Assembly: GCF_902652985.1 (NCBI RefSeq)
Contig: NC_047019.1
Location: 36,270,001-36,334,000, forward strand
DNA: 64,000 nt
DNA from: Pecten maximus
Lineage: Eukaryota
Reading direction: 5' to 3'
Shown here piece by piece: positions 1-13,349 of the stretch. The translations under genes and the position numbers were made by a program. Numbering within the stretch: position 1 is the stretch's first letter; the number at the start of each line of letters is the position of its first letter. A model generated the notes under the pieces. It was given only the letters and a program-made list of their open reading frames with translations. It searched no databases and was not told the origin of the DNA.

Positions 1-1324
1 TGAAGATAATGTCCTGAGGTATGTAGAAAATGAAAATATTATATTCCACAAATAGGCTGACCACGGTACTGATAATTTAAAATGATGGTGTAAAAATAGA
101 AAGATGAGCCCCTAGTGTCTATTGTAAACCAGCAGTGTCCTGTGGAAACATAATTAACTGATTAATTGGAATCTTTGTTGGTAATGGCAGTTAAACTGTC
201 GTGGTAACAATATGACACTGTCATGGTTGCCTTGTGGGCTTGTTGGTGTATTGATTTAAACACTGACCTTACCAGGGACATGGGTTTTCTCACCCTTTGT
301 GTGTCTGTACAAACAAGGCAGCAGGTGTGTGGAAGCTCCAACAGTAACCAAGGACAGCCAAGGGTCCAGTAAGGCTAGCAATGATGGTCATTGGGTGGTC
401 AAATCTGACACCTGACCAATCAGCACCCTGCTCCTTATCCTCGGTCACATGTACACAGCTGCTGAAGGGTACTGATTACATGATTATAATTAAAGGTTTC
501 ATTTCACAGTAGATAATGGCTGACAATGTGACCTTGGGGACAGTTGTGTCCCTTGGTTTAGACAATGGTCTGACATATGTCGCCAGCACTGTCACCTGCT
601 AGGTTTATTTGATGTAGTGTTATCTGATAATCATGAAGGATCATCTCATTTCATTAAACACATAGAATCTGTTCCATAAATAGATATTTACCAAAAAAGG
701 TTCTTTGTAATAGAGGATCAAGCACATGCAAATGAGAACGGTTTAATTCAAGGGTTATTACTGCAACAAAGCAAGGTTATTAAAAAAACAATGTGTAGTC
801 TTATGAAGGCTTTAGCAAGGAGAGGAAGAACATGATAAAGGAACACATTTCAGTTGATCCATTTATGTAAATGAGCTGAAATATGTTGTACTCTTTCTGA
901 GGAAGATGCTAAAATGATATACGGAGATATGTGTGGTCTATGGCAGCTTGTCATTCGGGAGATAGATTTGTAATAGCAGTAGATCAAAAGGACGAGACAA
1001 TATGTCACTATGTATAGACACAAAAGTGTAACCAACCATATCGGTATTGAAAAGTGATAAGTTTAGCGTCATAGTGATCAGAAACTACGTCCTTGACATT
1101 AAAATTTGGTTTTTGATGAATCATCATACAGGCACCAACAGGTCTGCATAGACAGGCTAACAACTCTACTAAGTTATCTCCCCCTAGTTGGAAACACCCA
1201 GGCCGATCGTGTCCTTACAAACTGCAAAAACGATAAACCATGTTCAGAAAAAAAAAATTTGTGTTAAATTCAGGTGGAAAAAATAACAACTTTTTTTGGT
1301 TAAAAGACTGAAGATCTGGAGCCA

Positions 1325-1940
1325 GTTGTGATATATATCATCGTAAACTAAAGATGTTGTGATATATATCATCGTAAACTAAAGATGTTGTGATATGCAT
1401 CATCCTAAACTAAAGGTGTTGTGATATATATCATCGTAAACTGAAGGTGTTGTGATATATATCATCGTAAACTAAAGATGTTGTGATATATATCATCGTA
1501 AACTAAAGGTGTTGTGATATATATCATCGTAAACTAAAGGTGTTGTGATATATATCATCGTAAACTAAAGATGTTGTGATATATATCATCGTAAACTAAA
1601 GGTGTTGTGATATATATCATCGTAAACTAAAGATGTTGTGATATATATCATCGTAAACTAAAGATGTTGTGAAGATAGAGAGCCAGTTGTGATATATATC
1701 ATCGTAAACTAAAGATGTTGTGATATATATCATCGTAAACTAAAGATGTTGTGATATATATCATTGTAAACTAAAGATGTTGTGATATATATCATCGTAA
1801 ACTAAAGATGTTGTGATATATATCATCGTAAACTGAAGATGTTGTGATATATATCATCGTAAACTGAAAATGTTGTGATATATATCATCGTAAACTAAAG
1901 ATGTTGTGATATATATCATCATAAACTAAAGATGTTGTGA
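1325..1940. repeat. 31-bp minisatellite, about 19 copies
   Basis: Unit gttgtgatatatatcatcgtaaactaaagat at 1325, 1356 and onward. Short interruption at about 1671-1684. Followed by a poly-C tract (1961-1986). Confidence 0.95.
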
Positions 1941-2568
1941 CCCAAAACGATGGTGTTCCACCCCCCCCCCCCCCCCCCCCCCCCCCTTTTTATACAAAAA
2001 TAAACAACAAAAATTGTGACAAAACATGTTTTATAGTCAAGATGTTGTCTTGTGTACCCCTTCGTGCCAGCCTTCAGGTAGATACCGATCATAGCGTGTC
2101 CACATTTCTTCGCACAGTCGTTATCAACAAAAACTATTGTTTATGTATAAACTTCCTCACTTGACCGTGATAAATGATGACAATTTCCTTTATGGTCTTC
2201 CTTTCCATGGTAATATGTTTTTATACAGGTATATAAATATTGTAAATAGGAATGTCGGGACACTTAATACACTCTGTCAAGTTTATGTTTGGTTTGGCCT
2301 GTGAGCATTGTATAATTACATTACTTTTACAAGAAAATACTTGTTATGATAGGGAGAAATTATATATTATTGTGGAAAACAAAAATGAAAAGTTGCCAGA
2401 ATTGTTGATTTGCTGTAAAATAAAGCAAAGAGTTTTATTTGTAATAGTCAGACGTTAAATGTTCCTTACCAGGACACAGGTCACAACTGTTATATAAAAA
2501 TAACAAAAGCGATGTTTTGATAATGAAATTTGCATTTGTTCATTGTCTGTTTTACAACAATTACTAAA

Positions 2569-2901
2569 CAAGTAATAACGACTAATAACAACCACACATG
2601 AGGGGTCTTACTGTGGGAGGGACCAAGTAATAACGACTAATAACAACCACACATGAGGGGTCTTACTGTGGGAGGGACCAAGTTATAACGACTAATAACA
2701 ACCACACATGAGGGGTCTTACTGTGGGAGGGACCAAGTAATAACGACTAATAACAACCACACATGAGGGGTCTTACTGTGGGAGGGACCAAGTTATAACG
2801 ACTAATAACAACCACACATGAGGGGTCTTACTGTGGGAGGGACCAAGTAATAACAACTGATAACAACCACACATGAGGGGTCTTACTGTGGGAGGAACCA
2901 A
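2569..2901. repeat. 55-bp tandem repeat, 6 copies, derived from a SINE body
   Basis: Unit caagtaataacgactaataacaaccacacatgaggggtcttactgtgggagggac starts at 2569, 2624, 2679, 2734, 2789 and 2844. Its reverse complement continues the adjacent SINE core (cctcccacagtaagacccct). Confidence 0.92.
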
Positions 2902-3192
2902 GAGTGACCGGAGAAAACATAGCGGCAGGTGACCTTGTGTACCATTTCACGTCTGATTAGGGAATCGGACCCTGGTCGTCCTGAGTACCCGGAGAAAACC
3001 TAGAGGCAGGTGACCTTGAATGCCATTTCACATTCGATTAGGGAATCGGACCCTGGTTGTCTGAGTACCCAGAGAAAACCTAGCGGCAGGAGACCCCACC
3101 CTGTATACCTTTTCACATCCAATTAGGGAATCTGACCCCGGTCGTCTAGGTGAAAGGCAAGTGTGTTATTACTACTATGCCAACTGACCACC
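2902..3192 (-). mobile_element. tRNA-derived SINE (V-domain-like) with an internally triplicated ~80-bp segment
   Basis: Minus strand reads ggtggtcagttggcatagtagtaataacacacttgcctttcacctagacgaccggggtcagattccc... (A box, B box) followed by gttttctc(c/t)gggtactc. The B-box-to-core segment repeats at 2902, 2983 and 3063. Confidence 0.75.
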
Positions 3193-4530
3193 AAAAATGG
3201 TACACTGGTCAGAGGGGTGTAAGTTGATATTTATTAAGGGTTAAGGACCAGAGCTGCTGTGATGTACCAGAACTACTATTGAATGTCATAAACATTTATG
3301 ATCATGAAGGACAGTTTCAATTCGCTGGTATTTCTTTCCAATCATATGAAAGACGTTTAGAGACTTCATTCTACTGTATTTTCTAAAAGAGGTATTGTAG
3401 ATTTAACCCCAGTACTATGAGTTGATTGTACTTTAAGAGGCACATACCTGGTATACGGTATAGTGCGTAGGCGGCAAATCTCTTAAAATCATTTCCAATT
3501 TCAATCATGACAGAATAATAAATCTGGATTTAGAAATTGACACTGATGGTGGCATACATGTAGACTCCTCTGATGGTGTATAATACAAAAAGAAATATTC
3601 CGTTATGTTACCCATTGAAAAATTACTTTCAATTTCTTTTCAAAAAGGATTTCACGTTTCGATTGAATGATGAATTACCATACCTTTGGTTGAAAAGTTC
3701 AATTTAGCCTCTTCAGAACTTTAAATTGGACAGGAATTTGGCCAAAGTCCTAGCATTATTTGCTTTTGTAGCATGCTGTAGCCTTCTCAGGATTCGTGAG
3801 CTGTAGAGGTGACTTTTATTAACTTCACAAATAAACCTTAATTAGATCGCATTTCAGATTGTATCTACATGTTACCTGATATAAATAGAGGTTAACAAGT
3901 GCATGTTGACCTATTTCTTTGTGTGAAGGTCATTTTGTTAATTTGGTAGTCATACTGTGTCTTGAAAGGTTACAAGAAGGCATCTTTTGTGCCTGGCATG
4001 CTGCTATGTCTGCAGCATGCTAGCAGCATACCAGCAGCATACTGGCAGCCCATGCTGCAAATGCAGTCCATGATGCAGATCTGTAAGGGTATATATATAT
4101 AATTATATATAATCTTACCAGTAATTTCAGTATATCTTTATACCTGATGAGCATTACAGTAAAACCTGAAGTTCCAAAGTATCACATGAAGTCTTACACA
4201 TTTCACTGTAGATAATCTCACCCATAATGTTACATTATATTTTGTGATATACTCCAGACTTCCTAACATTCATGTAAAATAGAACACATTTTACAACAAA
4301 GGGTATACAATATATGATGTCATTTGTTTATAATAGAGTGATATCATTCAGTTTTCTTCATTGTGACTTGCAGCTTTTCTCATTCTCAAATTGGAGCTTT
4401 TTCAGAAATTTCTGCTGAAATGGAAATTGGAGGAGTATGAGTTTCAGTATTTAATGTTCTACATGCAGATATTATATTGAATTGCTTAAAAGTATAGACA
4501 TCAATCATATTAAACACAATCAAATCCCTG

Positions 4531-5035
4531 GACAGATTTCATCCCTAGATGTAGTACCTGACGTTTTGTACAGATTTCATCCCTAGATGTAGTACCTGAC
4601 GTTTTGTACAGATTTCATCACTAGATGTAGTACCTGACGTTTTGTATAGACAGATATCATCCCTAGATGTAGTACCTGACATTTTGTATAGACAGATTTC
4701 ATCCCTAGATGTAGTACCTGACGTTTTGTACAGACAGATGTCATCCCTAGATGTAGTACCTGACGTTTTGTACAGATCTAGACAGTTTTCATCTCTAGAT
4801 GTACCACCTAAATTTTTGTAAGGACAGATTTCATCCCTAGATGTAATGCCTAGCATTTTGTACAGACAAATTTTATTCTTAGATGTAATACCAAACATTT
4901 TGTAAGGACAGATTTCATCGATGTAATGCCTAGCATTTTGTACAGACAAATTTTATTCTTAGATGTAATACCGAACGTTTTATGCCGAACGTTTTGTTCG
5001 GACAGGTTTAATCCCAACTGGATGTAACATTTTGT
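4531..5035. repeat. 38/42-bp minisatellite, about 12 copies, degenerating to the right
   Basis: Unit cagatttcatccctagatgtagtacctgacgttttgta(taga) at 4533, 4571, 4609, 4651 and onward. Confidence 0.92.
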
Positions 5036-5624
5036 ACGTGAAACAGAAACACACCTTAGCTGTGGAATCAGGTGCTGTGTAATGTTAACTGTCAGTCTTT
5101 GACAACTATTATGGCACACCTTCGGTGGTGAACCTACGCCCCACCTTTTTTATTGATTGTGTGTGAATGAGTTTGATTGAAGTGTTATAATGAAACCGTC
5201 AGCAGTGACAAAAGACACAAATCAAATATGCATGTATGTGGAAAAATGCATTTGTACATTTGCACTGTGACGTGAATTGAATCTTTTAAGTCCTTATTGT
5301 TTTTTACGGGGTATTGTTTATAATCTAATAAAATGATTGAAATTTATTCACTGACCTGTATCTTCTTATGTTGCAGTATATAACAGATAATGGGTTATCT
5401 CCCTTGAAGAATTAACACTGATAACTTCTTACAAGACTAAACTTTGTACATTGGTTTTATCATTGTTATATCGCCACAAGAAACCCTCCAATACTGTAGG
5501 AATAGAAACATTTGTCTTTTATTAATTAGCTTAATATAGCTTTCAATGCAGGGAGTTGGTATCCTACAGGGGTATTTTTTGAGTCGCACCTTCTTATATA
5601 TTGTAAATGCTTGTATGGAGTTGC

Positions 5625-6145
5625 AGCTTCTTTCTTTTACCTCTTTGAATGCTCATTTAGACTTCCACCTTTCTTTTACTTCTATTAATGCTCTTGTGGA
5701 GTCACACCTTTCTTTCACTTCTATTAATGCTCATTTGGAGTAAAACCTTTCTTTCACTTCTATCAATGCTCATGTGGAGTCACACCTTTCTTTTACTTCT
5801 ATTAATGCTCATTTGGAGTAAAACCTTTCTTTTACTTCTATTAATGCTCATTCCGAGTAACACCTTTCTTTTGCTTCTATTAATGCTCGTGTGGAGTCAC
5901 ACCTTTCTTTTACTTCTATTAATGCTCATTCCGAGTAACACCTTTCTTTCACTTCTATTAATGCTCATTCCGAGTAACACCTTTCTTTCACTTCTATTAA
6001 TGCTCATTCCGAGTAACACCTTTGTTTTACTTCTATTAATGCTCATTCCGAGTAACACCTTTCTTTTACTTCTATCAATGCTCGTGTGGAGTAAAACCTT
6101 TCTTTTACTTCTATTAATGCTCATTCCGAGTAACACCTTGTTTCT
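5625..6145. repeat. 39-bp minisatellite, about 13 copies
   Basis: Unit cacctttcttttacttctattaatgctcattccgagtaa. It produces the 13-aa periodic ORFs 5688-6221 and 5897-6238. Confidence 0.93.
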
Positions 6146-7654
6146 CAATGCTCGTTCTATGCAGCACAGGATTACCAATATGAGGTATATCATTAGACAT
6201 TTTGTAGGTATGGCAAGGTGACTTCCATCAAAGATCATTTTACAATTGAATCATTTCATATAAGGTAAAACATGGTTAATACTAGTAAATATGATGTTAC
6301 AGGCGTTATAGTTACTCACCTGATGTTACAAATGTATCTCTGATTATAAACTTATAAAGAATAATAGAAATCAAAGCTTGCATATAATTTTCCTTAACAA
6401 TATCATGTGTATACAAAGTGATATCAGCTTCAGTATCATTTCTATTGTTAAGATTCTTTGAGACTATCATTGATCTGTATCAATGGTTTATTTACAGCTG
6501 TGATAGTATATAGTTTCATAATTCATGATTTTAGGGCAAAAATATGCATTTCAGTCATTTAGAATTATGTTTTTACCTGAAAAAATGTTGATATTGTATG
6601 ACCTTTTATACATTTGTAATAGCAGTGTATATATACAGTTTGTATTTCCCACAGGGTTCATATGTTAAAATTCACCGAATAAGTCTTAACTTTTCTTATG
6701 TTTCCAATGGAATGTAAATGATAGGTAATATTTAAATAGAGTTTACAGGTGTATTTAGATTGTACACCTGTGTTCCAGGCAGGACCTCAACCTCCACCAT
6801 ATAAATCTGATGATAGGTATTTAGTTTTACTTTCATTTTAGCATATTTTCTTGATGACATAATTCTACAAAGAAAAAAAGTTTACAAAAATAAAACAGCA
6901 AGAATCACAGATTTGTAATTTAAAGATTGCAAAAAAGGACTTTTTTTCCATCAAATTCACAAAAACAACCACACACAAAATTTGATTTCCTGATTTACAA
7001 TGCTAGGATGTGTCGCTCAATACGAGTTTACTTCATTACACTTAGAAGATTTATGGATTAGGTGTGTCCTGCTTTAAAAAATGAATTCCTTTGATTTATC
7101 TGTGCTTTCCTTCCATAATTTGTTTGATTAGATACCTGTGATGTGCCTTGAGTTTGCACAAAACTTTTGAGAAAAATAAACTTTCTTCTAACTGATCAAT
7201 GACAATTCTCACATTTTCTTTGTCAATTTATTGATTTTCTTTAAAATTTATGGGAGGAATGAGTCTTGTCTGTTCCGTCACTGTTTTATAGCTCTGTCGA
7301 AGCTTGAAGATGAACCAAGACTTAAATAGAGAGGAACATCATTAGGGATGAATGTACGTAGCCCACTAGGATATTCAAACCACATAAAATTATATAGATG
7401 GTTTTATGTGTGAAAAGTGACATTTATGAATTTCAACAATGTTTTATATACCTGTAACCATCTGAGAACTGTTCTATCAAACAATTTAATCTTTTTTGTA
7501 TGTTATCTCGTTTTTAATCAAAGTTACATTCATGGTATGACATATACGTATATACACTGTCTCTATTAGATTACATTCCTTAGGTTCTCATCCTTTAAAC
7601 TCATCCTGTGTCAATGGATAGTTGTGGTGCATTATACAATTCTTACTGTACTTT

Positions 7655-7728
7655 AAAAATTCCATGAGAAAAATTAAATTAAATTTTAGTAAAAATTCCA
7701 TGAGAAAAATTAAATTAAATTTTTAGTA
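7655..7728. repeat. 36-bp tandem duplication
   Basis: aaaaattccatgagaaaaattaaattaaattttagt at 7655 and 7691. Confidence 0.85.
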
Positions 7729-10149
7729 CATGTGTGTCTTTGGTATTAGAATGGTAGCTTTAGATATAAATTAACTTTTTCAAGAAATAGTGATGTTGAA
7801 TTTGAAAATCTGAAAAGTTGAAATAGTTCAAGGTTGCCTAAAATCTTTAAAGGTAAAAGAATAACACTTTGCTACGATGCCACTTGGACAAGATAGAAAA
7901 CACATTTACTGGTCGAGATAAGATGTTAATTATAGAGTATTGACGCCAACAGAAAAAGGTTTTATTTCTGAACTGATCTCCGGAAGGGTTTCAACTGATA
8001 ACATTGTATAAATCTGCTGTGACCTACATTCATGAAAGAGAAATGTGTATGGATCTACAAACTAAACTCCTGAGTGAAACGATCTTGAAATCGGAATGAT
8101 CCTTCCAAGTATCAGTTGTCCAGTGGGTTTTTGAGGTGGTCTGTTTAAAACCCTTAAAGTCAAAACATTCAGCTTGTCCTGCCTTCTTGATGACAGGAAA
8201 TTATAGGGTTCACCTTACACAGATTGTCCAACCATGTTTCACTATCCTGCAATTTATAATTCTTTTAAACTCCGCCTCATCCTCCACCAAAAATATCTTG
8301 TCAATAAGAACTTAAACAAAGATGCACCATTCATAGAAAGTCTCACACCAGTTTTATTTTGTTGCTAACATACTTCAATTTTACCTGCCGATTTCATTTT
8401 TGTAACAGACAGGAACTTGAAAGAGGTATTGGAGGAGGTACTAGTCATGACTAGTCTACAATTACAGTCATTAGGCAAGGTAGAATGGATGGTGATTGAG
8501 TATGCTGTGATATTGTGTAAGTCGTGAGCAAAAATGCCGTAGTGAGGATGAGTAGTCATAAAATAACTATGATTACATTGTGTCGCACCTACGACAGGTA
8601 AAAATCTCAGGTACACCAGCCCCCTCCCTCGTCAATTATCAGCCTGATTACGAAGTACCGAAAACATTTGATTGAAAAAAGTCGGTGGGAATGTTGGCAA
8701 CACCTACGTCCTGGCTCCATTTAGGCAGGAGTCGCACCTCCTAATATAACAGAATGAAAACAACTGTCTCAGTAAGATTAATATAAAATGTGAGATAATC
8801 ATCCCTCGGCTTTAAAGTACAGGTAACAATAACAGGTGATTGTCTTATTGCTTCAGAGATACAGGTAACAAGTGAGGTGTGCTTCAGTGCAGGTGACAAT
8901 GTGGAAACTCATCAGGGTTGGGAAAAGATTTATAAAAAAATAAGGTTAAGGTACATTACATCAGGCGATAGATGCACTTCAGGAACACCTATGGAAACAG
9001 AGGTTTTCTCCTTTTATCTTGTCATTCATTCCATTAGCTATGTTCCAGTGTGTGGTGGGGAATGAGGCCATTTATTTGGAGGAAAGTGATACTAGAGATT
9101 GAGGTATAAATAAATCTCTTGTATGTGACAAATCCCAGATAACACAATATACCAGCATTTTGGTCTGAATTCCTGTCTATCATCATACCGGACTTGATAT
9201 ACATGCCTACTTCCACATTTACACTAGGGTGGATCCCATATCCCGACTCATTTCGTATGTCAAACCGATCACCCGACCATGGCTGGTGTTCATCAGGTAC
9301 ATCACCCACAGGGCTTCATTATCCATACATATGTCAACAGTGACATATACTTATATAGGAAGCTGTGTTCCTTTCCTTATTAAAATTTGAAAAAAATTAT
9401 CAGTGCTATGTTCCGTATGAGAATTTTTGTTTGACTGGTATGTATATCACCTGTAACTGATGTAAGCGTGACACTTTAAAATTACTCAACTTATTGCCCA
9501 CATTTCTCTGATTGCTAGCTGTAAGTATTCTGTCAAACTTTTCAAGAAAGAGGTGATGAAAAAATAAATGTAAAAAAATAATCAGATCTTTTGAAGAAAA
9601 GATGGTGTCATTTTACCATTAATAATATAAAAAAAACATCTCCTAAACATACAATTTATTGTATATCTATATCCCCTTGATAACTTTAAAAGTTGCAGAC
9701 TGTTACACACTCTGACATCACTGTCACATTATTAGGTTTTGAAAACTTTAATTAACAGCAAATAACTTCATAAGATGGATTTTACAAAGTAAAAATTCAA
9801 TGATGACCTATTAAGATCAATTTTCTTGTACATTTAAATTGATCTGGTGCGGATATAACTTGAGCAAATTAAAAAAAAGTCAAATTTCAGAAAATATTTG
9901 ATGCAAACTAAAAGTTAATAAGATAGCTAGATTACTAAATATATTTCTTAAAAAAAAAAAGGATATGGTGTAGTGGTATATAAGCTACAGGTATTACTGG
10001 TTAGGTGATTAGGTGCTCATGGCTTGGTCAGGGCATTTGCTATCATTTGTGTTCCTTATGTTATATACTACAAGTATATAAATTAAATATATATACTATA
10101 CCGCTGCTATTTTCTACACAGCATGTTTGTACTGCTGGAAAAGGGCCAT

Positions 10150-10368
10150 GCTAACAGTGGCCGAATGGTTAAGTGTCCCAAAACTTTATTACTAGCCCTC
10201 CACCTCTGGGTCGTGAGTTCGAAACCCATGTGGGGCAGTTGCATGGTACTGACCATAGGTCAGTGGTTTTTCTCTGTGTACTCCGGCTTTCCTCCTCTTC
10301 CAAAACCTAGCATGTCCCTAAGTGACCCTGGCTTGTGATAGGATGTTAAACAAAATAAACCTAAACCT
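10150..10368 (+). mobile_element. Full-length diverged tRNA-derived SINE (V-domain-like), same family as 35109-35337
   Basis: A box gtggccgaatggtt (10157), B box gagttcgaaacc (10215), core gtggtttttctctgtgtactccggctttcctcc, tail gtgaccctggcttgtgataggatgttaaacaaaataaacctaaacc. Confidence 0.88.
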
Positions 10369-11089
10369 GCACTGAATAATATTAACATGTATGTGACTAC
10401 CTTGTAAAAATGAGTTTTGACATGCTAGTGGGCATTGATATTTAAATATTTACTTTACATTGGCCTGATAGAATTTCAAGTGCACTTTATATCTGTGATG
10501 ATGCTTAATTTTTGATGAGTCATGGTTGTAAATTGTATCAGATTTGAAATAGAAAGTTTGCATCAGGAAATCATATCTTCAAATATTCCAATTAAGGAGT
10601 ACCTTTAGAAAAGGTAATGCAATTGGCGAGGTTAGGCTACTATGGTATATCAACATAATCCAATTCAGATGTACTGACAGGCAGTTTTTAATTTGGTTTG
10701 GACCTAACTATTAGTAAAATGATGATATTTAACCTTAACATGTTAATGTTAACTTGATTTATTTTACAACAGTTGTTAAGCAAGTAATATCAATTGATGG
10801 AAGCCTAGGCCTGTAGCTATAGGAGTCTGGATTCTCCTTCAGAGATTTGACTTACTGGTAATTAGCTAAGGATCCTTATAAAGGGTACCGGTTTAGTATA
10901 ATTTAAGAGGAGCGAGAGTGTATAAGGTGCTTGCAATTATGCCCACTGAGATTGTAATTGTACCTGAAATTAATGTCTTGTCTTTTCTCTTGAAGTATTT
11001 TGAGAAGTTCAGTCTAAATCACAAATCTGAACTGAATACACCAGTACTATACAGGTTGTACCTGTTTTATCATTATTTTTTTTATTTTT

Positions 11090-11120
<31 letters not shown>

Positions 11121-13212
11121 GTTAGTGTTACTGGGTATTATTTAAGAACTACACCACTAGTTATCTGTGTAACATGTAGAAGAATACATTTTAACCATAC
11201 CACACAAGGACAGGTCAGTATCATTACCCAGAAGGGGTAATTTCATTATCTAGTGATATGAAGGGATCGAGCCCCAACAAACAGATCTGATAGACAGCTG
11301 GTGTCTCAAGTGTTGAAAAAAAGGATTAAAACTTTTGTGGTGAGTTATCTAATGCTACCTGGACAAGGTAAATAGTGGACAAATGACCCTTCGGTACATA
11401 TAAACACTTGGTCAGGTATAATTTTTGTTTAAGTAAGGAGAGTTTTCAAATCCACCTGAAGTATGTAGATAAGATAAGGATTCCTCTTGATAAATCCCAC
11501 CCATGAATTGGAAATTTGACTTGGCCTGAGTGGGAGATTGTGTGGCACCAGGCCCTAACCTCTTAGGTATGTAGTAAACAAACGGTCAAGAGTTTGTGAT
11601 AACTGAGATAAAATCCCAGTTATCAACATTATATAAGGGTTATATGAAGCATCATTTAGCCTGAAGTTCTTCAATACTGGTGACAGATAGGCCAGGATCT
11701 AGCCAGCCAATACCTCTGTTAACTCACCTGTACAGGTTAAAGCTCAAGTTTTCAAAAGTTGTTGACATTCTTTGAAGTGTAAGTGATACTGACCTTTGTA
11801 ATCTTGAATGTCTTTGATTTACATTGACATGTTGTCACTATGTTACAGATAAGTTACCTTATAAATGATTCTCGCTTTAATTAACAACCTGGTGTGTGTC
11901 TGATTAGTTAAACCTGCCTCACTGTAACAACTTCAATGAATGACCTGGGATACACTCAATACCACAATGATTAAAAGAGCATGTACAACAGTGATTGTGT
12001 GTAGAGGGTAGGACCTTACAAACTCTTGTCTTGCATTGGTTTATGTTAATTAATTGAAGGTGTAAGAATATCACATAATGACAATGCAAATCTGTTAAAA
12101 AGTGCAGGTAAACAGATTAGTTCTTCAACAATATGCCATCACCACACCCAAGTTGTTATTCATGAGTTGTCCCTGGTTCTGTACTGTATTCTGAGTGACA
12201 TGAGTGTCACCAGTCAATGCTCATCTGTACTTTTTAGTCTTTATTTTAATGGCCTGTAAGTGTTAGTTGGCTGGAGAGTTTGTCACTCCTGACTTTTGTG
12301 TGATGGCAGTCGGGGTGGTGCGGGGGCAGGTGTCGGGGTGGTGGCAGTTTTACTTTTAGGCACAAGTGGGTAATTATAGCATAAAATCAGGGATAATGTA
12401 ATACCAGGGAGCTCAGTGTCACATTTTTGTTAGTTCTGGTTCAGCATTTCATAATGTACTGCTGATTTACAGAGCAAACTTAATCTGTTTATAAGCTTTT
12501 CAATTACACTAAAGTTTTTGTGTGGACTTCACTTAAAAAATGGAAACCTATATTCGGATGTCCTGGCTTAAATGTCTACTGTTGGAAATTTTATACACAT
12601 CTTACATGTAAGTGAAGAAGACAAGAATGTGGGATGTTTTTGTGTTTATCTTGATATAATTGTGGGCCTGAGATTCCAATATAATTGGCTATGTTTTGCA
12701 CATTTTACAGCTCTTCAGATCAGTGTCATTCACCTTGGCTGAAGGATCCTTCCATTGAAACACAAACCTGAATTATAATGAGAGAAGAGGACTTTAGAAT
12801 AGAACGAAAAATGGGAATTAGTAGGCTTTCCCCAAACACCTTGTAAAGAATAGTTGTATGTTTACATGCCAGGAACTATATATATCTCTGAGAAAATAAA
12901 AATATTTTTGGTCAACAGGCCATCATTGTATATGATAAATGTAGATACTGGAAAAATCTCAGAAATACTGTAACTGAGACTGGTTCTTACACATGTAGGA
13001 CAAAACTGTTATTTTGAGGGATCAAGCTGACTCTGCTGTGATTTATACATAGAGGGGTGTGAAAAGGTGAGCAATTGTCTGGTCAAGTCTAGGCCAGAAT
13101 CGACTCAGACACTGAAACAGCTTTAGAGATGATTGATAGGTCAGAGATCTGGTCCTCACCTGTACTTTTGTCAGAACTCTCACAGATTTCAGCTCTCTTT
13201 TCATTGATATTG

Positions 13213-13349
13213 GTTACCGGTACCTAAGAGCCAAGGTCTTGATTTACCTGTATCTCCACTGTTACCGGTACCTAAGAGACAAGGTCTTGATTTACCTGTA
13301 TCTCCACTGTTACCGGTACCTAAGAGCCAAGGTCTTGATTTTACCTGTT
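13213..13349. repeat. 48-bp tandem repeat, about 3 copies
   Basis: gttaccggtacctaagagccaaggtcttgatttacctgtatctccact at 13213, 13261 and 13309. Confidence 0.9.

Noticed and set aside
10123-10338. Similar short ORFs at 10123 and 35145 suggesting a small peptide family
   Set aside because: Both are chance translations of the same SINE family.
11077-11119. Poly-T/poly-G tract (also poly-C at 1961-1986) as G-quadruplex elements
   Set aside because: Simple homopolymers whose length is unreliable in assemblies, with no supporting context.
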